This document shows positions 27,157 through 34,299 of a stretch of DNA of 40,314 nt, in pieces (within the stretch, counting starts at the first letter, position 1; every line of letters begins with the position of its first letter). Position numbers and translations under genes: made by a program. Source of the DNA: a virus. Lineage: Duplodnaviria > Caudoviricetes. Where the stretch lies: IMG/VR virus record IMGVR_UViG_3300025296_000044, positions 1-40,314 of that record, one strand, 5' to 3'. The notes beneath the pieces are model-generated. The model did not search any database. It had not been told where the DNA came from and was given only the letters and a program-made list of their open reading frames with translations.

Positions 27157-28718
27157 TAATATCTACCTCCGGGGGTATATTCTAATTGAAATCCTCTAAG
27201 TGAATAGGGAGTTGTACTTGCTGTATCTATAATATGTACTGCTGATGAAAAGCCTGATCCTTCAATTGATTTTCTAATCAGGGGAGACCCGAAAGAACCA
27301 AATACTGCTGTGGCAAAAGTTGACAGGGAATTACCAAAAACAGCAACACCTGATGTTTCAGATATAGAAATTGCAGAAGGCTGCGGCGTATCAGAGTTAT
27401 TATAGTTGTATCTCATATAGAGACTGAAATCCAGATCACCTTCCGATTCTACATTGAGAAGTATTCTTTGCATACTTTTTCTGACACCTGCATCACCAAA
27501 AGTAATATCTGGGCTTTTATATGCCGCTTCTATTGCAGTACCTGATGTACTATCACTGGCATCTCCGTTAAATCTATTTGTTTGTTCTTGACGATAGACA
27601 TATCCATCATAATCGCCATGAATTATATATTCCGTTGTTCCAAAGTACATTGAATCTGTACAGGCAGGTTTTACACCTTTGATATCTGCCCATTGAAATC
27701 CCACGTTACCTTCCAGATTTCTCTTGAGAGTACCAATAATTCCCTCTGCACTTGTCTCTACCTGATCGTCTTCAGGATAAAATAAACGATATTGACTCTT
27801 TTCTCTTATGACCAGAGATGAAATATTTTCAAAATTAATCTCGTTAATTCTTTTCTGAATAGCTTTGGAAACTGTGCCCAGTTCAATATCATCAATCTTT
27901 TCCGTACCGGCAACTGTTCTTAGTCCATCCGGTGCCAGAAAGATAATATCACCACCCACTTCCTGTATTGATCCTCTGTCCAGACAACCCAGTTTTCTCG
28001 TGATGGGTTTCATCTGAAAGTCTGCAATGCCCGTTCCTGTAATCTGATAAATTTCATCTGTGGAAAATACAATCAGCTTATCACGAAATGTTTTAAGACC
28101 TACTATCGGACTATCCACCTTGATAGACCCTGCTGCATTTGCAGCCGTGAAGTCATTCTCAGCAAAGGGTGCGGCAAATACTACTTCCTGTTTATTACTG
28201 CCCATGCCAGCAAAGAAAATATGGTTTCTGAATACTTCCACGCTTTCTGGATCGGAGGGTGCTCCTGTTGCTGTAATGGCTGTGGCAGTGGAACCATCAT
28301 ATGACATTGCAGCATTGGCTCCATCTGCCACGATAATCTTATTTGTACCGTTGAAGTTATATTTGGCAAATGTATACTTCTCTGCACTTGTTCTGCCTGT
28401 CTGTACCGAAGTCCATCCACTGCCGGTACTCTTGGCTATGATAGTACCTCTTCCTGCCAGAACCATATTTGTACCACCGGTAGTACTGAAGAGGGCCGTC
28501 ATTAACATGGCCCCTGATCCAGCACCGGAGATAGTGGCATTACTCAACTCGTTACTGTCATACTTTAATGTACCTTTGATACGACTGTATCCACCATCGG
28601 CATCCGGTTCATAGTTCTCCAGAATAACAGCAGCACCCGGAGGTATAGAGAAAGGATCACGATCCAGAACCAGACCTCCGTCTGTTGATATTGCAGATGC
28701 TTGTACGTTACTTGCCAT
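27156..28718 (-). CDS. Tail nozzle / tubular protein B-like
   Basis: GGL...LENY...GGYSRIKG start, beta-rich, LGCLDRGSIQEVGGDIIFLAPDGLR, position before the fibre. Confidence 0.75.
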   Translation of the reverse strand: MASNVQASAISTDGGLVLDRDPFSIPPGAAVILENYEPDADGGYSRIKGTLKYDSNELSNATISGAGSGAMLMTALFSTTGGTNMVLAGRGTIIAKSTGSGWTSVQTGRTSAEKYTFAKYNFNGTNKIIVADGANAAMSYDGSTATAITATGAPSDPESVEVFRNHIFFAGMGSNKQEVVFAAPFAENDFTAANAAGSIKVDSPIVGLKTFRDKLIVFSTDEIYQITGTGIADFQMKPITRKLGCLDRGSIQEVGGDIIFLAPDGLRTVAGTEKIDDIELGTVSKAIQKRINEINFENISSLVIREKSQYRLFYPEDDQVETSAEGIIGTLKRNLEGNVGFQWADIKGVKPACTDSMYFGTTEYIIHGDYDGYVYRQEQTNRFNGDASDSTSGTAIEAAYKSPDITFGDAGVRKSMQRILLNVESEGDLDFSLYMRYNYNNSDTPQPSAISISETSGVAVFGNSLSTFATAVFGSFGSPLIRKSIEGSGFSSAVHIIDTASTTPYSLRGFQLEYTPGGRY

Positions 28719-29053
28719 CAGGGTGTATAAATTTCCTCTATGAAAGCTGACACGGTAAGATCATCGGCTGCTCCTGCCTGTGCTTTAAGAATATCTGTTG
28801 CTTCCAGAACTATATTTGCACCTTCTATTCGAAGGTAACTATCTGCTGCCACAGACTTGGTGCTTATGATGGCAAATGTTGCACTGGCAGAAGTATCTGT
28901 CCACTTAACTGTGACATCAACTGCATTTGTACCATCCACATTTGTCAGCCAAAGTTCTTTCACTATGGCCCTGTGACTGGAAGGACAGGTATATACAGTT
29001 GTTAAGTTTGTATCTGACAGAGCAACAGCAGCATTGATAATTCTGGTTGCCAT
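28718..29053 (-). CDS. Small beta-rich structural protein
   Basis: TTVYTCP...IVLEATDILKAQA, a pattern common in podovirus tail regions. Confidence 0.65.
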   Translation of the reverse strand: MATRIINAAVALSDTNLTTVYTCPSSHRAIVKELWLTNVDGTNAVDVTVKWTDTSASATFAIISTKSVAADSYLRIEGANIVLEATDILKAQAGAADDLTVSAFIEEIYTP

Positions 29054-29373
29054 TAAGCTTTTAGTCTCTTAGGTTTTCTAACAAGATTACTATATTTACC
29101 CCTAAAAGGATCACGTCTAGGATCACGTTTAGCAGGTTTTTCTTTTAATTCGTCTATAGATTCATAAATATAATCAGGTACATTTCTCAGTTTATATTCA
29201 AGAGGAGTTTCTTTTTTAGATAAATTTTCTTCTTTCATAGATTTTTGATACTTTTTTCCCCATTTTCTTACTGGTGTTTCTTGTTTTTCTTCTTCTTCTT
29301 TTTTCTTTTTTAGTCGAGCTTTTTCAAAACTATCAATAGATTTTTGTATTATTGACTTGTTCTTTTTTGTCAT
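29053..29373 (-). CDS. Small Lys-rich protein
   Basis: Likely start is the ATG at 29373 (MTKKNK), just after the previous stop. Ends VRKPKRLKA. Confidence 0.6.
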   Translation of the reverse strand: MTKKNKSIIQKSIDSFEKARLKKKKEEEEKQETPVRKWGKKYQKSMKEENLSKKETPLEYKLRNVPDYIYESIDELKEKPAKRDPRRDPFRGKYSNLVRKPKRLKA

Positions 29374-29377
29374 TATC

Positions 29378-29947
29378 TTATCCTGCCTTATAATTAGCTT
29401 TTCTGGGTTGAGCATAGACTTTACCACCGCCCATGTAGCCATACTTCTTGACCTGACCACCTTTAGCTATTTCTACTCCTTGGAATGGTGTAGATATACC
29501 TGATGGACGATCCGCTGTTATGTGTTCTCTAGCAACTAGATTTGGACGATCAAATTTTTCTAAAGAACCAGATTCTCGTTGTGGAAGATCAGCAATTTTT
29601 TTAAGTTCAGCTATAAGAGCAGCAGCCCTCTCTCTCCTTCTCTTCTCTACAAGCCTAGCAGTTTTTCTTTCACCACTTTCTAAATCTCTTGCAGAAGGAG
29701 CCTCAAAGTGTTTTGCTAAGTTCCTCTCCTCTCTTTTTTCTTGAGCCTCTTTCCGTCTTTCAGCCCGTCTTTCTGGTGAAATTACTTTAATATTCGGCCT
29801 GTCAAGACGAGACATCTGATATTCTCTCATTTCTTTTTCTTTAGCTCTGAAAGCTTTGCGTTTTTCTGATGTCATGGCTCTTTTAACATCACGCATTTTT
29901 CTCTTAGCTTCACGGGCTGCTGCTTTTCTTTCTTCTTTATCTGCCAT
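29378..29947 (-). CDS. Arg/Lys/Glu-rich protein with C-terminal GG motifs
   Basis: Ends IAKGGQVKKYGYMGGGKVYAQPRKANYKAG. Confidence 0.7.
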   Translation of the reverse strand: MADKEERKAAAREAKRKMRDVKRAMTSEKRKAFRAKEKEMREYQMSRLDRPNIKVISPERRAERRKEAQEKREERNLAKHFEAPSARDLESGERKTARLVEKRRRERAAALIAELKKIADLPQRESGSLEKFDRPNLVAREHITADRPSGISTPFQGVEIAKGGQVKKYGYMGGGKVYAQPRKANYKAG

Positions 29948-29948
29948 A

Positions 29949-30125
29949 TTACTTTCCCCTTTTAGGTTTTCTTAAAGTTGTCAGGCCACCTCTACGGTAG
30001 TTATACTTCTTGGCCTTACCACCAGACTTCATCTTCGTGCCGAGTTTCAGTTTTTCCTGTGGAATATTCCTGCCAATATCAGGATGCAGTTGCTTTACTT
30101 TATCATCTTGTGGATTTACATACAT
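29949..30125 (-). CDS. Small basic protein, 58 aa, with GG motifs (not in the ORF track)
   Basis: Manual translation MYVNPQDDKVKQLHPDIGRNIPQEKLKLGTKMKSGGKAKKYNYRRGGLTTLRKPKRGK*. TAATG-coupled and fills the gap exactly. Confidence 0.75.
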   Translation of the reverse strand: MYVNPQDDKVKQLHPDIGRNIPQEKLKLGTKMKSGGKAKKYNYRRGGLTTLRKPKRGK

Positions 30126-31162
30126 TAGACAGACCTCATTATTTCATCTCTGTTGATAAGTTCAATTCTCATTCTTTCAATACCCTTTGCATATTCAGTC
30201 AGACACATTGATGCAAACTCTATATCACCTCTCAGCATATAGGCATAATATTTAGCTCTATTGACAATTATATCTTGATATCTAGTTGCCAGAGTTGGAG
30301 TATCATCATAGGCAGAAAGCTCAGTGTGAGTGGTCCAGTATTCAAACAGGACAGTATAGTTACCCCTGTCAGGTATTGGATGCAAACCAAACTTACCATC
30401 CTGAGTTGGATAAACATATTCAGGAGTATCATAGCTACTGGAATCAATGGATGCATCTGTCTCTCTGTAGTTTCTGGCAAACTCTTCATATGTAATATGT
30501 TTGAGTCTTTGAGGACTTGTATCTTCCGTGATATTAATAAAATCTACATTTGCCTGTGTGCTAGTTCCATTTTCCAGAGTTATATAAAGAGTAGATGCAG
30601 TTGCCCCAAAGGTTGTGGTATGTACCTCCCCTTCCCCTGTATTTGATATTGTAAAGTCTTCATTCTTGATTTGTGTTCCACCAGAACTTGTTCCCACTTT
30701 TAATGTGACTGTACTTCCTGTAATTCGGAAAGTAGCCTTGTACTGACGATTATCCACAAATGAGGTGATGGTTTGTTGTGCTGAATCATTCTGATCAAGA
30801 ACAAGAAAACCACCACTGATGGCACTACTGGAATGTGTCCAGTTTGCATCTGATGCAAAAGTATTTGTGGATACAAGTTGCGTTGGTGTTACAATGAAAG
30901 TATCATAGTCTACATGCCTGTAATCGGAAGGAAGAGAATATTCAGCAGTACCTGCTGTAGTTGCCTGTGTTCCATCCGAATGAAGGAAAGACCATTGAAG
31001 TTCTGAATTATAAATATCATTGATTGATTGATTTACAAAAGTCTTGACGGCAGTTTGAATACCTCTGGATGTACCAAATTCAGTTCCCGAATCAGAAGTT
31101 GAAAAGGTAACTTCATTGAGAGATTCCAGAACTCTATTCGATAATGTTAGATAATCTGCCAT
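30125..31162 (-). CDS. Head-tail adaptor / tubular protein A-like, with an inserted beta-sandwich
   Basis: YLTLSNRVLESLNE start, WSF...TAGTAEYSLP, HPIPD..YTVLFEY and synteny. Confidence 0.72.
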   Translation of the reverse strand: MADYLTLSNRVLESLNEVTFSTSDSGTEFGTSRGIQTAVKTFVNQSINDIYNSELQWSFLHSDGTQATTAGTAEYSLPSDYRHVDYDTFIVTPTQLVSTNTFASDANWTHSSSAISGGFLVLDQNDSAQQTITSFVDNRQYKATFRITGSTVTLKVGTSSGGTQIKNEDFTISNTGEGEVHTTTFGATASTLYITLENGTSTQANVDFINITEDTSPQRLKHITYEEFARNYRETDASIDSSSYDTPEYVYPTQDGKFGLHPIPDRGNYTVLFEYWTTHTELSAYDDTPTLATRYQDIIVNRAKYYAYMLRGDIEFASMCLTEYAKGIERMRIELINRDEIMRSV

Positions 31163-31642
31163 TCATAATTCACTTTCTAATAATGGATTTATCTGTTCAG
31201 CCAGACCTTCCTTTTGTTTATCCAAAGATTTTTGTAATTCTTTTATATCAGGAAGAATATAGGAAGAATTTCCACTGAACATTATACAAGAATATTCAGG
31301 AGAAAGATTGGGAACATTATAAGCTACGATAGTCCATGAACCTGTATTAAAACTTCTGAAAAGTATAAAATATAATCCTGAAGGATTTGATTTAGTCAAG
31401 ACAGAAAGTTCTGTTTCTTCAAATTTTCTTATACCTGAATGTATGATCTTTTTCGTGCCACAATATATGGGTGGACCACTTCTCATTTGTGGCTGTTGTG
31501 CATTCACCAATGCGCTATGTCCAAAAATAATTAAAAATACAAAAAGTATTCCTATTAGTACTGAATGTCTAGAGAAATATTTTTTTATAAATGCCATAAG
31601 TTTTGAATTTTCCATGAAAGTATAATAGATATATAATATCAT
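31163..31642 (-). CDS. Secreted or membrane-anchored host-like hypothetical protein
   Basis: Signal-peptide-like segment ending VNA-QQ, two Cys and TGSWTIV. AT-rich. True start uncertain. Confidence 0.6.
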   Translation of the reverse strand: MILYIYYTFMENSKLMAFIKKYFSRHSVLIGILFVFLIIFGHSALVNAQQPQMRSGPPIYCGTKKIIHSGIRKFEETELSVLTKSNPSGLYFILFRSFNTGSWTIVAYNVPNLSPEYSCIMFSGNSSYILPDIKELQKSLDKQKEGLAEQINPLLESEL

Positions 31643-31836
31643 CCTACAATTTTTAAAATTTTCTCCAGAGTATCCTGCATAGCATTAACTTTTTTTTCCA
31701 ATATCTCTACTTTATCTTCTTCCCTGTATACTTTTTGTGTACTTCTGGCATTCCAAACTGTATTTCCAGATTTGATGGTAGACGCATATCCATCATGTTT
31801 ATCAATATCAGTAATATTTAACTTTTCCACTGCCAT
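31639..31836 (-). CDS. Small hypothetical protein
   Basis: The ATG at 31836 follows a GGAGGT SD. The longer ORF start runs through the terminator hairpin. Confidence 0.65.
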   Translation of the reverse strand: MAVEKLNITDIDKHDGYASTIKSGNTVWNARSTQKVYREEDKVEILEKKVNAMQDTLEKILKIVG

Positions 31837-31853
31837 ACTATACCTCCTGTAGT

Positions 31854-31880
31854 AAAGGGGAGAACCCGAAGGCTCTCCCC
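31854..31880 (-). terminator. Intrinsic terminator after the capsid genes, probably leaky
   Basis: Minus strand GGGGAGAGCC-TTCG-GGTTCTCCCC-TTTAC: 10-bp stem, cUUCGg tetraloop, short U tract. Confidence 0.8.
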
Positions 31881-31893
31881 AGTACAATCATTT

Positions 31894-32349
31894 TTAGTTA
31901 TGATCCGTCTCGTCAACACCTGAGATGTCACAGAGAACAGCCCATACTCTAAACTTACCGGCTGTATCTTGAGCACCAGCAGTTAGAACATCAATGGTAT
32001 CTGCCGTCTTAACGATGAGCATTGCGGCTGCATCAGTGGCATCCATTGGAGCATGTCCAGTACCTGTGGCATCATAAGCATCCACAAAAGCATCAGGATC
32101 ATGATGTCCAGCAGTTGAACCCGTGATACCAAGATCAAAGGTCACTGAATTGGAACTTGCAGTTAGAACTTCAAGCCCTGCCGCCATAACCAGCGTTTCA
32201 GCAGGAACATCAATCATCTGAATGATGTCACCAGCAGCAGGATCATAGTCCGAAACGTCACTAGTATTTTCTACTAGGTAAGGTCTACGACCACCCGTTG
32301 AAGGATGACCTGTCGTACCGCCTTTACCCGTTTTATCATGAGTAGCCAT
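31894..32349 (-). CDS. Minor capsid / decoration protein
   Basis: Between the major capsid gene and the terminator, strong SD AGGAGG, beta-rich (GDIIQMIDVPAETLVMAAG). Confidence 0.65.
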   Translation of the reverse strand: MATHDKTGKGGTTGHPSTGGRRPYLVENTSDVSDYDPAAGDIIQMIDVPAETLVMAAGLEVLTASSNSVTFDLGITGSTAGHHDPDAFVDAYDATGTGHAPMDATDAAAMLIVKTADTIDVLTAGAQDTAGKFRVWAVLCDISGVDETDHN

Positions 32350-32364
32350 AAGTCAGTCCTCCTT

Positions 32365-33324
32365 CTAAGTATTCAGATCAGGGATGCCCTTATAGACACC
32401 CGTAAATCCAGTACCAGATGCACGAATTACCTTGCGACCAAAGACGTGTAGACCACGAACGATATCAGCAAAGCTGTCGGGGTCACGAATAACTTCAGTC
32501 TTGGCAATGGCAGAAGCGGTGCATGTCGAACTCTTATGACCACCAAGAACAATCGTCTCGCCACTTGTAGTGGAGGGTCCAAAAGTATGACTGGCAGCAA
32601 CACCTGCCGTACCAACAGTAATCGCATTAGTCTGATACAAACTAAAACCATGAACCTTACGACTGGTAACAGCACCGTTCAAGAGAGCGGAGGCATCTTC
32701 ACCAGTTACGCTTGAGTCCATTAACTTGGCATCAGCTTGCCGAAGAATTTCATAGAACTGTGGCGGTGCCACAATCCAACGATTGTCTTCAGGAACATCA
32801 GCCTCGTCCAGAAGACGGGAGAACGTACTAAGATAGTTAGCACACTCATTACCCGTATTACATGAAATAGCAGAACCTGCCGCACCGAGATTTGTAGTAT
32901 CGGTGGAGGCATTATCACTAATCACCTTCAGGACGTTATAATCATACGCCTTCTTCAAGCTATAGGCACCCGAAGAAGTCGAAAGAGCTTCCCAGTTTAC
33001 ATGACTCTGTCGCTCTTCCACATCATCAACCTTGAAGGCAAAGTAGTTACCCTGATCAACCGTCAAGGTAATTTGATTGTCCGCAAGATTCTGGGTGTTT
33101 ACAACAGCACCCCTAGTGTAGGACGACACAGTCACTGAAGGCTCTTTAATAATCTTTACAGTATCACCAAAGTTCTCAATCTCTCCAGCATAGTCGGTAT
33201 TGGTTACAGCTTCTGCAACCGAAGAACGCCGGAAGAATTTGAGTACTTTCTGACTGTAAATTGCCGGTACCCAATTACCCGAAGGTAAATTCTGATAACC
33301 AGCAGCTAAACTAAATTCAGCCAT
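32365..33324 (-). CDS. Major capsid protein
   Basis: PAIYSQKV, NTDYAGEIENFGDTVKI and RDPDSFADIVRGLHVFGRKV. Follows the scaffold gene, SD AAGGAG. Confidence 0.92.
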   Translation of the reverse strand: MAEFSLAAGYQNLPSGNWVPAIYSQKVLKFFRRSSVAEAVTNTDYAGEIENFGDTVKIIKEPSVTVSSYTRGAVVNTQNLADNQITLTVDQGNYFAFKVDDVEERQSHVNWEALSTSSGAYSLKKAYDYNVLKVISDNASTDTTNLGAAGSAISCNTGNECANYLSTFSRLLDEADVPEDNRWIVAPPQFYEILRQADAKLMDSSVTGEDASALLNGAVTSRKVHGFSLYQTNAITVGTAGVAASHTFGPSTTSGETIVLGGHKSSTCTASAIAKTEVIRDPDSFADIVRGLHVFGRKVIRASGTGFTGVYKGIPDLNT

Positions 33325-33345
33325 GATTAAGTCTCCTTGTGTTTA

Positions 33346-34206
33346 TTATGGTATAATTCTTCCTTCCCGATTTGCCTTATCAAGTTCCTTTTCAAGAGAC
33401 TCAAATTCATGTGGCTTTAATCGGGCAATTTCAGTGGAAGTCCAGATTTTCTTTTCACTTTCACTGGAAGTGGCAGAGGCTCTTTCTGTTCTAGTTACAG
33501 CCTTTGCAGCTTCAGCTTCAGTCTTTCTGGGTCTTCCTCTTTTCTTTTGACCAATATCTTTATCAGATTTATAGAGGTCTATCACTCTGGCAGCCCATTT
33601 AGAATCTGTTCTGTTCTTGTAGATACCATCAGCAATACTTGAAGGTTGTTCTTCCAGCCATGTGAGAAATTCAGAATCACTCTTGATCTCTAGAAAATCT
33701 GGATGTACTGAAAGTAGTTCCTTCTCTGCTGTTCTGACCTGTGCTTCCTGCTCTGCTTTCCGTAGAGATTCAATTCGATCCTCCACTTCTTTCATACGAG
33801 CATCCGCTTCAAGTCTGGACACGGTTTCCACAACATCATAAACATCAGGATATTCAGTCTTGAACTCTTCCAGTTCTTCAGTAGACTTTGGAAGATTTCG
33901 TGGAGTGGAAGCTTGCTGTTCAGCCAGTTTTAGTTTGGCCTGAGTAAGTTCCTGTTGTTGGAGCCATTCGTTATTCTTACGATCATGATAGCTCTTCAGA
34001 TCACTATAACGCTTTTTCCAATCATGCTCCTTACTGTCCTGTGCCTGTATCATTCCTTCAAGTTCTTGAGTATTTCCATCTGAAAGGTCAAGAAGTTCAG
34101 GGTCTGGTGTTTCAGGAGTAGGATCATCATCCATTAGTGTTCTCCTGTAGGCATTCTGGTATGGGGTAGGCTCTGGTGTTTCCTCTTCTGTGTTAATATC
34201 AGTCAT
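33346..34206 (-). CDS. Capsid scaffolding protein
   Basis: Acidic coiled coil, DWKKRYSDLK, C-terminal ELDKANREGRI, immediately upstream of the capsid gene. Confidence 0.8.
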   Translation of the reverse strand: MTDINTEEETPEPTPYQNAYRRTLMDDDPTPETPDPELLDLSDGNTQELEGMIQAQDSKEHDWKKRYSDLKSYHDRKNNEWLQQQELTQAKLKLAEQQASTPRNLPKSTEELEEFKTEYPDVYDVVETVSRLEADARMKEVEDRIESLRKAEQEAQVRTAEKELLSVHPDFLEIKSDSEFLTWLEEQPSSIADGIYKNRTDSKWAARVIDLYKSDKDIGQKKRGRPRKTEAEAAKAVTRTERASATSSESEKKIWTSTEIARLKPHEFESLEKELDKANREGRIIP

Positions 34207-34213
34207 GGTCTTT

Positions 34214-34291
34214 ACCTCCTATGGGGGCCAAGAAAACTTGGGTGTCCCTATTTGGTGTTAATGTCTGGGGCCGACTATCGGGTATCCAGAC
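34214..34291 (-). promoter_or_regulatory. Twin RNA hairpins with a shared internal loop, next to the scaffold SD
   Basis: Minus strand GTCTGG-ATAC-CCGA-TAG-TCGG-CC-CCAGAC and GGG-ACAC-CCAAG-TTTT-CTTGG-CC-CCC, then ATA-GGAGGT. Confidence 0.7.
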
Positions 34292-34299
34292 GAAATCTT

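Noticed and set aside
28060-28614. Other antisense or nested ORFs such as 28060..28614, 20225..20680, 37113..37535 and 9784..10629
   Set aside because: They lie within well-supported genes on the opposite strand and show no recognisable motifs.
32340-32400. T7 10A/10B-type frameshift joining capsid and the next gene
   Set aside because: No slippery sequence near the stop, and the downstream gene has its own strong SD.
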